Assembly (NCBI RefSeq): GCF_009914755.1
Contig: NC_060938.1
DNA: 64,000 bases
Reading direction: 5' to 3' (one strand)
Source of the DNA: the human T2T-CHM13v2.0 reference genome, Homo sapiens
Shown: positions 41,780 through 54,605 of the stretch, piece by piece
Numbering within the stretch: the first letter of the stretch is position 1
How the letters are laid out: every line of letters starts with the position of its first letter
Program-made: the position numbers and the translations under genes
The notes under the pieces: model-generated
What the model saw: only the letters and a program-made list of their open reading frames with translations
What the model was told of the DNA's origin: nothing
Database searches by the model: none

Positions 41780-42362
41780 TACGATGCTTCATATTATAGG
41801 TCAATTTGGCTAGGCCATCCTGCCCAGTTGTTTGGCCAAACACTCATCTAGATATTGGTGTGAAGGTATTTTGTGGATGTGGTCAACATTTACAGTCAAT
41901 TGACTTCAGATAAAACAGGTTGCCCTTCATAATGTGGGTGGGTCCCATCCAATCAGTGGAAGGGCTTAAGAGCAAAGACTGAGGTTTCCCCAAAAAGAAG
42001 GAATTCCCTCTCCAGACTGTAACATGGAAATCCTTCTTGAGTTTCCAGTCTGCTGACCTGACCTATTGATATTGGACTCAAGACTGCCCCATCACTCTTA
42101 CCTGAATTTCTAGCCTATTGGCCTGCCCAACATATTTTAGATTTGCCAGCCCCTATAATTACATAGCCAATTCCTTAAAATATCACTCTCTCTCTCTCTC
42201 TTTATGTATATGTGTGTGTATCTATAATCTGTAGATATCTAGCACTTGTCCCTGTGCTAGCCCTTCCAAAACAAATAGATATAAAGATACATACACACAT
42301 ACATATACGCCTGTCTCTGTCTTCTGTTGGTTCTCTTTCTCTGCAGAACCCTGAGTGACACA
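41780..42362 (+). mobile_element. MLT2 (ERVL) solo LTR, MLT2B-like
   Basis: gtcaatttggctaggcc...cccagttgtttggccaaacac...cataatgtgggtgggtcccatccaatcag...ccaattccttaaaat, (CT)n/(TA)-rich stretch, ctgttggttctctttctctgcagaaccctga end. Confidence 0.85.
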
Positions 42363-43666
42363 GACCTTCTCTGTCTACTGTCTGCTCTCTCCACCCGTCT
42401 CCCCCTTTGACCTCCACTTCCTCCATCACCATGAGGTTCCCATGTTCTTTCTCCAAAAAGCTTACAGCATAGCTGGTCTACCAATAACTGCTGACTGCAT
42501 GTGCAGAAGGTGCTTTGGTGTTGGGTTACCCAGGATCTCAGCTTTTCTGTCTGCTCCTTTCTTCAGCAGTTCCTCCTCTGGAAGGCAGTGTCTAGAAAGA
42601 AAGGCCAGCCCAAAGATCTGAAACTCAAATCTTGTAATGTTTATGTTTTTTGGCCATTTTTGCTTTAAACAAAAAAAGAAGAGAAAGGAAAAAGATGATG
42701 AAGAAGAAAAGGTTTCTGGGATAAAAGACTAAACTCTGGGCTAAAATCAAGTCTGGGGATTAGCTGAGGATTTAGGTTATCCATGCTTTCCTTTGTTCCT
42801 AATCACCATGAGTAATTGAGAGGCACAGAGGCCTGGGCTAGTCCTAGCCGACAGAGCTGTGCTCCAGGCTTATCCTCTCTTGGTGGGATGTGAAAGAACC
42901 CGTGCCCTGGGCCTGGAGACAGGGTTCATGTTTGTCTGGTCCAACCTCTTTTTTCCTCTCCTGTCTCCTGCCCTGCCCACTCCTGCTGGACTTTGGTCCT
43001 TCTTTGCTATGTGCAATTAGTGGTGGACAGGGTTGTGTGCCTTCTGGTGACAAGGGGTGGACATGGTTTCACTTCTATCTGAGTATTTACCATGTGCCAG
43101 ACTAGGTACTGGACAGTTTGCTTGGATGTTTTTTCTATTGTGTTTCTTCTCTTAGGCAGTCAGAGGTTTGTCAGTGAAACTTTAACCACTCATTGCCAAG
43201 TGCGGAATGACCTGACTCTCACTTCTTCTCTGCACCATCTGAGGGACAGGATTATAGGGGCGGGCGTGTGAGTGTGTATGTGTGGCCATGCATTTCCATG
43301 CCCCCCTGGACAGCCCTGATTGTTCCCTCTCCCCTTCCGTTTATGGCTTCCAGGTGTTTACAGATGGTCCTGGCCCATTCTCATAGATACCTGGCCAGAC
43401 CTTCTAATCTTGTCATCTTTCCCTGAGTGTTCCTGAGCACAGATTATTTTAGAATAGTGTGTGTTCACTTCTGGGGAGCTCCCTCTCTGAACCCATGATC
43501 ATGAAGAGACCCACAAAATAGGCCCCCTGTCTTGCATTCTGGAAGGGGACTTCTTGGTACCTAAGAAAACTGATAGATGTGAATTTTAAGACCCATTTGG
43601 GATTTAGGTAACTGAGAAGGAAAGAGGATGATAGTGGCCCCATGGGTGGTCTGGCTTTTTGGGTCC

Positions 43667-43903
43667 GCCACTTCCTAGTTCTGTGATCTTGATCCAATGA
43701 CTCTGCCAGTCTGTGTTTCTGCACCTTCTTCTATTCAGTGAGGATAAGAAGAACACTATTTTAGAGGCTTGTTTGAGTTTGAAGTGAGTTAATACAAGCA
43801 AACTGCCCAGTACCAAGTCTGGCACATGGTAAATACTCAAATAAATGTTAGCTATTGTTATTCATTTTAGAGTTCTGCAATGGTGGATGAGTTACAAATT
43901 TGG
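43667..43903 (+). repeat. Copy 1 of a local ~235-bp direct duplication (MIR fragment plus flank)
   Basis: Aligns end to end with 44663-44893. Confidence 0.9.
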
Positions 43904-44073
43904 GTCCTCAGATATGGAATAAGCTTATGCCCTGTGGTACTTACTGATTAGCATATGCATGACCCATAACCTCTAGAGAAGCCCTTCAAGAATAATTGAT
44001 TGGTTGACTGAAGGGCTTACAGGGCTACAAAAATACGTACAGGGTAAATTGATGAATAGTTAAGGAGGTCTAG

Positions 44074-44555
44074 ATGTTTCAGTTATCTGCTGCTGTGTAA
44101 CAGACTGCTCCGAAATGTACTGGCTTACCATAAAAATAATTAATTATTTCTAATGTGTCTGTGGGTTGGCCGGATACTTGTTTTGCCTGAATTTAATCCT
44201 GGACTCATCCAGGTAGGGGAGGATCAGCTGGGCTGGAATGTACAAGGTGACCTCCCTCTCACATCTGCAGTTGGTACTCGCTGTGACCTGAGCTGCTCCC
44301 CTTTCCTCACTGTGGCCTCTTGTTCTCCAGTAGGCGAGACCAGCTTCCTTGTGATGATCTTAGGGCAGCTTCCACAAAAGTGAAAGCGAGAGCTGCAAGT
44401 CCTCTTGAGGCCTCGGCCTGACACAAAACATCAGCATTGCCTCTAACATTCTATTGGCCAAAGCAAACCAGAGTCCACGTGGAGGGGTCCACACAAGGCC
44501 ATGATCACGGGGAGGCACAGTTCATTGGGGACTGTTTTGTAATGAGATGACCTAT
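44074..44555 (-). mobile_element. MLT1-family MaLR LTR
   Basis: cagttatctgctgctgtgtaacagact...tggctta; cattctattggccaaagcaa; cacaaggccatgatcacggggaggc...ttcattgggg. Confidence 0.7.
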
Positions 44556-44662
44556 AGTGAGTAAAAGAAAAATATAGGTTAGGATAAAAATCAGATTAGC
44601 CTGTGGCAAGAAGATGATCTTGCAGAGGTGAAGCACCCAGCCAGTGCTGAAATGTCAGCTCT

Positions 44663-44893
44663 GCCACTTCCTAGTTCTATGATCATCCAATTTCTCAACC
44701 AGTCTGTGTTTCTGCATCCTTTTCTGTTCAATGAGGATAACAACACTGCCCTTAAAGGCTTGTAATGAGTTTGAAGTGAGTTAATACACATAGTGCACCT
44801 AATTCCAAGTCTGGCCCATGGTAAATACTCAAATAGATGTTAGCTATTGTTATTCATTTTAGAGTTCTGCAATGGTGGATGAGTTAAATTTGG
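44663..44893 (+). repeat. Copy 2 of the local ~235-bp direct duplication
   Basis: Aligns with 43667-43903; the last ~90 bp are nearly identical. Confidence 0.9.
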
Positions 44894-45104
44894 TTTTAAG
44901 TTTTCCGCTTCTGAGGCAAAGAGAGAAAAATATCCAGGTACAAGATTTGTAGCGTGCTTAGGTCGAGAAGACATCATTGGTCAGAAGGAGCTGTGCTGTG
45001 TCCAGCACATTTGATTTTGAATGCAGCAGATTTGGGATAGTCTGCAAAGACACTGACATAGAAGAGCTCACTGTAAAAATAAATTTATTTGTCTCCTAGA
45101 GCAA

Positions 45105-45350
45105 ATGGTTAGAGGCAACACTGTCTAGAGGTTAGCAAGTCAAGCCTGACTGTCAGGATCCCCAGCCTTTCTCTCTCCTGGCTGAGTGAACTTGGGAAAA
45201 TCCATTAATCTCTCCAACGTTCAGCTTCCTTGTCTACAAAATGGGCGTAATAATAGTGCCTACCTCACATGGGCAAAGGGATTCATTAGGTAAAGCCCTT
45301 AGTCTATTGCCTGGCACATATCACTCAATGAATGTTTGTTTTTCTTGTTA
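45105..45350 (+). mobile_element. MIR
   Basis: ggctgagtgaacttgggaaaatccattaatctctc...cagcttccttgtctacaaaatgggcgtaataatagtgcctacctcac. Confidence 0.72.
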
Positions 45351-45600
45351 TTAGTTGTAAAGATGATTTTAAGGGAGATTTTCTCTTTGCTGTAAGACAA
45401 ACTCTCTGTGTACTCTTCACAGAGGGTTAGTGCTATTATGATAAATCACTCCTGTCTCTTTCTTAGAGGCACCTGGACTTGCAGATACTGTAATGAAGTA
45501 GTAAATCAATAATAAAAATAATAAAATAAAAAAGTAATAAACCTTGCAGTCAGGCTTTTAAAAAATTCTTTTGCTATCCCCCATTTTTCCAAATTAGTGA

Positions 45601-45935
<335 letters not shown>

Positions 45936-48251
45936 ATTTTAATGATTTTATTCTCCATGGAACTTCATAGACACTGACTATAAACAGCTCAGAACAGCCT
46001 TCAAGGACTTCCAGAAATCCATCAACAGGGCCCAAGCCACGAGTCTGTGCCTCTTCTTAGATGGCTTCTGTCCACATTTCTGAGGGTCTCGGGACCCCCA
46101 GTGGTGTGAAGTCAGGTTCATTATTTGCTCTGCCCCTGGGGAAGCGCCCCCCTTCTCTCTTTGCCTCTTGCTTTCGGTCTGATTTATGGCTTTAGAAGGT
46201 TGGCCTGGAGAGTCTTAATTTAAATCCTCTGTCAGAGGTTGTTACATGAACGTGGTGTCAGTAAAAAGCTGTTTTCCTTTGGTTTTGCTCCTCTATTGCC
46301 TCTTTCATGGCATGAAATACGAGGTAGGAAAATAAGGCTACCAAATTGGGGTTGGGGGAGCTATTGAAAAATTCTTGCATAATCCCCTTGAAGTTGCCAT
46401 GGCACCTTCCCAGCCAGGGGCTGAAGTCAAAATGCTGGATCTTTAAAGCAGGTTTCCCAAGGCCCCTCTCCCTGCTCAGTTTCTGTCTCTTTCCTGTCTC
46501 TAGATGCTGTTCTGGTGGTAGTCACAGTTGGAGGCAAAACCCAAGTCTGATGTCTGTCAGCTGTTTTAAACTCCTCTTCCTCTAGCCAAGGAGACTCTGT
46601 TTAGCTTTTCTATATTTGCATTATGAAAACAGTAGTTTTTTTTCACTTCCCAAATTCAAAACAACATTTTCTATTTTAATAGTGAATATGCTATATGTGC
46701 CTGCCTCCTGGCCCTCAGATATTTTTATGCCCCTAAGGAAATATTTTTACCCTGCAATGAGAATCACCAGGCTATTGTTTTCGAGCATTTTCCTAGCAGT
46801 GAGACATAGCATTGTTTTTCTATCATCTGACTTATCTGTAAAACTGCATTGAGCTACTTTGTGTCTCTGTGTACTCCTATGGTTTGTTTAAACATGCGTG
46901 CTTTACCTATATGTGTGTCATTAACAGAGCCATTATTTCAAGGAAGTTGGCTTCTTTAAAGTGGAGTTGAGTGCTGTTGTTCAGTGCACAACATGGTTCT
47001 CCAGGTTGCTGATACCAAGTTCCTTGCTCTTAAGAAGGGTATTTTTGTAACAATCTGTAAACATTCAGTGGGTGCCCAAGACTACATTCCTGTCAATTTC
47101 TTCAAGAGAAGAGTTGTAGAATAGTGGTATGAAAAAAATATAGTAGGTAAATAAACAAGTAAATGAAAAATAAAGTAATAGTACAGGTTTATGATGTGAT
47201 TCTTTTGTTATCAAAAAAGTAGATGTGTGCACGTGTATTTCCATGTATGTATGTACATAAAATCTAGGGAAGGTACAGTGTTTAACTTTGGCAGGATTAT
47301 AGGTTTTTCCACTTTCTTTTTTAAAACTTCTTTATAATAAGAAACCCAACACTATTTATTTTTAATAATTAGAACAAAAACAAAACCAGAAAAAAAAAGA
47401 CAAAGAGCAAAGCCAGGCAGGCTAAGTGGTTGATTGGGAAGAATTTTCAGGTAAGTGGCTGTGCAGATGTGAGATGCCCTGGAGCTGGCCATGCTGGACA
47501 CAGGGCACCACGCTCTGTCTCAGCCGGGGACTGGCTCGGGGGAAACCAGGTTGGGCTGTTCAGACATGCTCATGTGTTACTGAGGCTGCTGAGTGCAGAC
47601 ACCATCCGGCTGGGCCTGTTTTCTCTCCAATTGGATGGAAGCAGCATTGTGTAATTCACTGAAATTCACTCGGCCTACTTTGTCCAGCAGCCTTGGAGGG
47701 TGGGGAGAAGCCAAGGCTGGACCTTGTTTCTGCTCCTCCTGGGTGCCGAGCATCACTCCACATGAGGCTGATGGCCACGGCTCCATCATGCTGTGTCTGG
47801 GCTTGGAAGGGTCTACATGCACAAGCATTCCTGCATCAGCCTGCAGCATAGCCAGGCTCCTGCACCCACCTCTCCTGCAGTCCACAGACAGAACATCAGC
47901 AGGAGCCACTCTGAAAACATTGAGATATTCCACCCTTGGGACAAGCTGCCACTCTGAGAAGGGGCATCCCTGGAGTCCCTGGCTGGCTTGTTGCTGCAGT
48001 TGAACCTATTTGGTGGGAATGCTAATGAATGCTGGCAGCAGAGATGGCCACAGGGAGGTTCTGAACCTCCAGGCCCCTCAGCATGCGCTGGCATGGGAGA
48101 CAGCTCTCTGTGGTAATTCATCAATGGGGCAGCTCATCAGTTCCTGGGTCCAGGCCTGGTCCTTGCTACTTACTTTGGATGCTGGGCACAGAAGACAGGA
48201 GTGTTAAATCACAGGAGTGATAGTCACCACAGGCTGTGTCTTCTCTTGCAG

Positions 48252-48444
48252 AGAAAGTCTATTCGTGTGACCAGGAGAGGCAGAGTGCCCTGGAAGAGGC
48301 CCAGCAGAATCCCCGTGAGGGTATTGTCATCCCTGAATGTGCCCCTGGGGGACTCTATAAGCCAGTGCAATGCCACCAGTCCACTGGCTACTGCTGGTGT
48401 GTGCTGGTGGACACAGGGCGCCCGCTGCCTGGGACCTCCACACG
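48252..48444 (+). CDS. SMOC1: SMOC1 coding exon (exon 8): thyroglobulin type-1 domain 2, (E)KVYSCDQERQ...PVQCHQSTGYCWCVLVDTGRPLPGTST(R)
   Basis: tcttctcttgcag| acceptor; donor acg|gtaagc; 193 nt, phase 1 to 2; the TY motif is visible in ORF 48236..48448. Confidence 0.97.
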
Positions 48445-48982
48445 GTAAGCCCCCCAGACTGGGTCCTGGGAAAAACGCACCTGCTGGCTGTTATCCATGC
48501 TGGCATCTCCCAGTGTTCCTGCCCTGGTCTGGTGGGAGATGAGTGCCTGGGAGAGCCATGTTTTCAATGAGTAGAAGAGTTTCAGGTAGAAAGACCCTGG
48601 GACCTGGATTCTGGTCACAGGCCTGTCTCTTTCTAACTTAAGACCTTGGAACAGTACTTAACCTCTCTGAACGTCAGTTTCCTGATGAGATTATTGCCCT
48701 TTCTAAGCCACTAGCTTCCATGGATCAAAAAAGATACTGCGTGCAGCTCAAGTATCATTGTTATTATGCTTGAGTGGTTGAAATGACATGCCTGAACATG
48801 TCTCAGTGGGAACATTGATGCTAAGATTGCCTTGTAGCTGCCGGGCAGCGCAAGAGATATCGTTCTGCCCACCCTCAGTGCTTTAGGCTTGGTGACAACA
48901 TAGATCATTGCTGGGCAGTAGTGACTGAAGTAGGCTCAGTTGCCAGCCCCTCCCAACCCCCCCCATATCTCTCTTTTCCCAG

Positions 48983-49065
48983 CTACGTGATGCCCAGTTG
49001 TGAGAGCGACGCCAGGGCCAAGACTACAGAGGCGGATGACCCCTTCAAGGACAGGGAGCTACCAG
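48983..49065 (+). CDS. SMOC1: SMOC1 coding exon (exon 9): (R)YVMPSCESDARAKTTEADDPFKDRELP(G)
   Basis: tctctcttttcccag| acceptor; donor cag|gtggga; 83 nt, phase 2 to 1; supplies the last Cys of TY2. Confidence 0.95.
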
Positions 49066-49819
49066 GTGGGAGACGATGCTGCCCTGCCGGCGCCATCACC
49101 TCCTTCTGTTCCTCCACCCTCTCATTATGCAGAAGAAGCTGTCTCCTCTTTGTCTGTTTCCCCATGTGTAAGATGGAGCCAGGAGCCGTGGGATCTACAT
49201 CCTGGTCTGGGATTTATCCCTAATTAGCTCTGCTCTTGTGCACATTGCTTCTCTTCCTTGTGCCTCTTCGTCTTTATAATGCAGTCATCGGGTTAAAATC
49301 CCGTCTGCAGTTCCACAATGCGTTGTCCATCTGAGGTCCATGAGGACAATGTTTTGAGCACTGTGAGTTATTTTTTCCAGAGCTGTGAGGATAAGATAGC
49401 TTATAGGGAGGGGCTGTCCTGAGCGATGTGGACAGTGTCTGTTGCTTGCTCTGAAGAGGCAGATGACCCCTGGTGACACAGGACGACCATGGAGTGTGAC
49501 ACAAGACACATAGGCAGGGCCCTGGTACCTCCAAATGGCTGATGTGCGGGTTTCCCCTTATTTATAGCAATCTCTGCCTGCAAGTTACAGTAACATTACT
49601 AAATATTGGTGGCTTGGAATCTTATTGTCTTTACACAGCACAAAGTCAGATTAGTGCTGGTGGGAAATGGGCCACCTTCCCATGACCTATCAGGACTCCA
49701 AGTGAGAACTGAAAGCAGAGAGTTCTAAGAGTCAGGGATTTTCCACACGAGGTTTGTAGAAATCACCCCATCACAAGAATGGAGTCATGGTGGCCAGGGT
49801 ACCCCTTTTAGCTAACCCC

Positions 49820-50070
49820 TCAACAAATGTGAATTGAGATTCTACTATGTGCCAGGCACTGGGTATAATCTAGTGGTCAAAGTTGACATGAGACTTACAG
49901 AGTGGAGGAGACAGATTGGATATGAATAAATGAATACGGGCATTTATAGATAGTTGTGGTGGGTACTCTGAGGGAAAAGCGGAACATGCTGTGAGAATGG
50001 CAGGGAGAACCTGCTTTAGATTCCACAGCTTCTCTGAGAAGCAAGTGTTGAACCTGAGACCTGGAGGATT
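49820..50070 (-). mobile_element. L2 fragment
   Basis: tcaacaaatgtgaattgagattctactatgtgccaggcactggg...gcttctctgagaag...tgaacctgagacctggaggat. Confidence 0.65.
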
Positions 50071-50883
50071 TGGGGACAGAAGAGAATGAGCTAGTTGCTA
50101 ATTTCTATGTGGAGTTGCTTTGGAGAGGAGCACTGGGAGTAGTGTAGAGGGCCCATTTGGTGCTGGTGATCGTGACTTTATAGGACACCCATTTATCCAG
50201 TTGTGTGGTGGTGTTTTCCCCAGCTACGTGGTGTAGACATGGAAAAGGCACATCTATAGAAGGTTCTTCTGTGCTTTACTGTGTTTTCCTGGAATAATAC
50301 AAGGAGGAAAAAAGGAACAAGGACTTGGGAGTATTTACAAGAGAGATGCTGTAGTTATAATGTAAGATGGTTGAGGAGGGAAGTGAAAAAAGGAGGAGGC
50401 TCTTGGATGGATCTGGTGGTAGGTGTACTTAAGTCAACTTTGACCACTGGGGGTTCTCTCCCTCCTTTGTGCTCCCACAGCCCCTAGTTCTTACCCCTAG
50501 CACAGTATTTTTCTCACTTTAGGACGACTGCTTGGCTATTAGCTTGAGTTCCCCTGTAGATGTGAACTTTACAAGGATAAGGACCTTCTGTATTGTTAAC
50601 TCTGTATCTCTAGCGTTTAACATGGTGCCTGAGTTGATGTCTAGCAAAAATGTGTGGAATGGAAGAAAATTGAAAGCATTATTTGGTCTGATGGTCCTTT
50701 GTGGGGTATGGGTAAAGGAACTATGGAAGTTTATGAGACTCATCTGATCAGTAAACAAATCACTAAAGTGGATTTGGCTGGACAAGAAGGGCTTTGAGAA
50801 GTTTAGGAAAGGATGGTAGTTGAGAAAGCTGTTGACTTGATTATTATCTGGCATCTACCTTCAAATCTCATTTTATCTTTTAG

Positions 50884-50989
50884 GCTGTCCAGAAGGGAAG
50901 AAAATGGAGTTTATCACCAGCCTACTGGATGCTCTCACCACTGACATGGTTCAGGCCATTAACTCAGCAGCGCCCACTGGAGGTGGGAG
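50884..50989 (+). CDS. SMOC1: SMOC1 coding exon (exon 10): (G)CPEGKKMEFITSLLDALTTDMVQAINSAAPTGGG(R)
   Basis: ttttatcttttag| acceptor; donor gag|gtgaga; 106 nt, phase 1 to 2. Confidence 0.95.
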
Positions 50990-51609
50990 GTGAGAATGTG
51001 AGCAGGAATCAGGCCCAGGAGAAAAATGTGGGGCCCCTGACTTTTCAAATGCTGAGGGAGGGTGAGAGAGTGGGCAGGGTTTGAGGAGGGCAAGGGCTGG
51101 AAGTTGATCTTTTTCCTGAAACCATGTACCCATAGCTTTGACCCGCCTTCTGTCAAAAATCTTCCTGCCCCTCTACCTTCCCTATTCTTTGGGAGCTGCT
51201 TGTCCCTAGCTTTTAGTTACCTGATTTATAGGAAAGTCCAGGGCTGTCTGGGACTTCCAGCTGTTTAATCTCAGAAGGTGATGGGTTGGAGTGAGAGTTC
51301 TGAATGGCAGGAAGGGTGATGGTTATATCATGGGAACAGGGAGGCAGAGAGGGAGCACAAAGCACTTTGCAATTTTCTTCTCTCCTAGAAGGCAGGAACC
51401 AAATGCCTTTTTGGCATCCTGAGAATTCCAAGGAGCTCTTGGCAATGGAACTGGACACTCATATAGCCAAATACAGCTCAGGTCAGGAATTGAGGTGGTA
51501 GCTGAGGCAGTCCTGATGTGAGGCTGAAATGCACATGCTCCCCAGTAACCAGCATTGCTGGCACTCATGAGTTTGGGCCCATTAGGCCAGTCGGTTGGAG
51601 ATGCATGCA

Positions 51610-52140
51610 CGCATTCATCCATCCGCTTACCACCTTTTGAACATGGAAAACACAGCAAACACTGGGCTAAGGATGAGGTATCTGGGGATAGAGGCATGTC
51701 CCACCTTCAAAGGATGCAGCTTAGCGGGGATACTAGACCATAGATAGATACTTACAAAATCTGTGGTGAGTGCTAGGACAGAGGTGGAAGAATGGAGAAT
51801 GGTTGTCTCACTCAGTCTGGAGGAGTCAGAGCAGGCTTCCTGGAGAAGGTGATATCTGAGCTGAGTTTTAAAGAATGGGTAGGACTTATCTACCTATCAA
51901 AGAAAAGATAGGTAGATAAAGAAAAGAGAAAGCCATTCCAGAGAGAAGGAAAGGATACTGTGGCTCCAAGAAAGTGCATGTCTGTGGTTCAGTTAGCTTG
52001 GGCTGGGGTGGATAGGCGGAGGAGGAGGAAGCAGAGGAGGTAAGAGTGGTAATCGTGAGATGGAAGAGGTGGGCAGGACTCAGATCCCGAAAGTCCTGTG
52101 AGACATGCTGAGTAAGACTTCTGCTCATGCTCATGAAGCC
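51610..52140 (-). mobile_element. L2 fragment
   Basis: ggcttcctggagaaggtgatatctgagctgagttttaaagaatgggtagga...gccattccagagagaagg. Confidence 0.7.
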
Positions 52141-52529
52141 AGAAGGGGAAGCACAGCAGAGACTGTTGGAGACAAGTGTGGTAGTGTCTAGGCTCCTTAC
52201 AGCAGGAGGGGAGGTACTCTAGGCTTGGCAGGGATGGGCAGCCTGCTCTGAACTTATATGGCTCACTGAGGAGGGAGCGTTAGTCCCCCGGCATCTGCCC
52301 AGAGGCAGAGCTGTTATCCATAAGGCAAGGAATGCCACAAAGAGAACAAGCCTAGGCCTTGGAAGGACCCCAGCATAGCTCCCTCAGTGGTGATTGGCAG
52401 GACCATGTGGTATGTGTTTAGGGTAGGAGTTTAGGGCTCCAAGTGGAGCTGTCGACGTTTCTGCATCCTGAGGCAGAAGAAGGCAGCCATTTTGAAAACC
52501 CAATTTTATATCAAATCAAAGTGAGTGCA

Positions 52530-52987
52530 CACAATAGCCAAGATATGGAAACAACCTCAATGCCCATCAATGGATGACTAGATAAAGAACATGCGGTATT
52601 TGTATACAGTGGAGTAATATTCAGTCTTAAAAGAGAGAGAAATCCTGTTATATTGGGGGCATTATGCTATGTGAAATGAGCCAGTCACAAGCACAAATGC
52701 TGCATGATTCCACGTACATGAGGTACCTGAAACAGTTAGACATGTAGAAGCAGAGAGCAGAATGGTGGTTGCCAGGGGTTTGGGGAGTTGCTAACCAATG
52801 GGTGTCAAGTTTCAGCAAAGCAAGATGAATGAGTCCCAGAGATCTGCTGTCCAACATTGTCCTTATAGTTAACAGCACGGTGCTATACACTTAGATGTTT
52901 GTTAACAGGCTAGATCTCCTGTTTAATGTTCTTACCACAATAAAATTAACAACAACAACAAAAAAAAACGAAAGAAGAAAAAAGAAA
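52530..52987 (+). mobile_element. 5'-truncated L1 3' end (L1MA/L1MB-like) with A-rich tail
   Basis: cacaatagccaagatatggaaacaacc...gttcttaccacaataaaa plus (AAC)n/A tail; 12-bp TSD aaagtgagtgca at 52518-52529 and 52988-52999. Confidence 0.9.
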
Positions 52988-54049
52988 AAAGTGAGTGCAG
53001 TGGTTGCCCGTCTTGGAAACTGCTTGTTGGGGTGCTTGCCCGGAGCCCCCCATGGTCCCGTGAGCTCTGAGGCTGGTTTCTGGCTGTGGCTCTGTTTCTG
53101 CCGCCCCTGTGGGTGGGGGCCAGGCCTCCTCCAGGAGGAGCACAGCACTAAGTCTGAGAAAGATGAAGACAGGGTTCAACAGGCCCACAGACGGGAGCTG
53201 CTGGAGGCGGCCCGTGGCACTCAGCTGCTCAGTCTCCGAGATAGAGAGGACAGCACATCCAGATCTCCAAGAAGAGGGGAGAAGGTGAATTTTGAAAAGG
53301 CAGTATTGTTGGCCTTGATGTTACTTGTGTTTAGAATATGAAAAAAATACCTGTTGTTTCATGCAAAAACAGGCATGAAAGATTTATGTTTTATGTTTAT
53401 ATTTATGTTTAGAAGAGAGAGAAAAAGGGAAAAAGGAAAAAAAAGGAGGTCCGTGGGCTTAAAAGTTTCTGGTCTGGGGTCTTCCCACTTACACCTTCCT
53501 GCAGGCTCCTGGCACTGCCCCCCAGCTCAGGGGTCCCACCTGCACTTCTGCCTGAGTCCTAAGGAGGCAGGACTTCAAGCTCCTCTTGGTTGCTTTCCCA
53601 AGAGCACTGCGTGGGCTCTGCCGCAGGTGGGGGACGCAGATGGGCCCTGCTGCCAGGGGAAGGTAGGATTTGTGCCTTATCCTCAAATGACAGACAGAAG
53701 GGATTTTTACAGGCAATGAAAGCTGAGAAATTTATAACTTTTTAATATCAGTGTGTCCTTAGGGAAGAGGATCTTTTTTCCATTCTATTTTAAGCGTCAT
53801 TTAGAGTTGGAAGAGGTTTTTCAAAAAAATTGTTTTCAAAACATGTTTTTCATTTTAAGCTCATATTAGCTTGACCATACTTGGTTTTGATGGGAATGAA
53901 GATTTGAACTGCCTTTGGTAGTTATGTTACCTAGAGGATGGACTTTAATCAAAAGACAGACAAGATGCTTCAAGAAATAGTTTAGAAATCAAGGAAGTGG
54001 GTGGGGAAAGGGAGAAGAAAGAGAGAAACTGCTATCCAGGAAGGTAGCT

Positions 54050-54605
54050 GTCAGGGTTACCAGTGTAGTAACAGGGTTTAAGGCTGTTCCAGATCTTCCC
54101 ACTGTATTCAGCATAAGCCCTAACTCTGACCTGGGCTGGCCCTTCAGGACAACTTTGCCGGCCCCACCTCTCCTCACATATTCCTTTCCTTCCCACCATT
54201 ATGTTCCAGGTACTGGTTCTCCTCAGTTCTGGTTCCTCAAACAAGTCAAGCTCTTGCCTGTTCCAGGACCTCTATGTCAGTTGCTCCTAGAATTCAGTTC
54301 CCCATCTTCCAATGACTGGCCCCTGCTTATCTATTTAAATGTCACCTTCTCAAGTACCACTCAATCTGTAGGAGCTGCCTGTTCACCCTGTACCTCAGCA
54401 CCCCTTTTTAACTCAGCCTAGCATATATCACGGTCTGATATTTTGCTGGCTTGTTGATATATTATCTGTCTCCCTAAACCCAAGGAGAATTTAAGTTCTA
54501 TGAGAGAAGAAACATTTTCTGTCTTCTTCCCTCCTGTATTCCCAGAGCTTAGACTAGTGTCTGGAACATAGTAGGTGCCCAGTAAAATATGATAAATGAA
54601 TAAAT
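54050..54605 (+). mobile_element. L2 3' fragment
   Basis: ...taagttctatgagagaaga...ctgtattcccagagcttagactagtgtctggaacatagtaggtgcccagtaaaatatgataaatgaataaat (L2 3' terminus). Confidence 0.75.
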
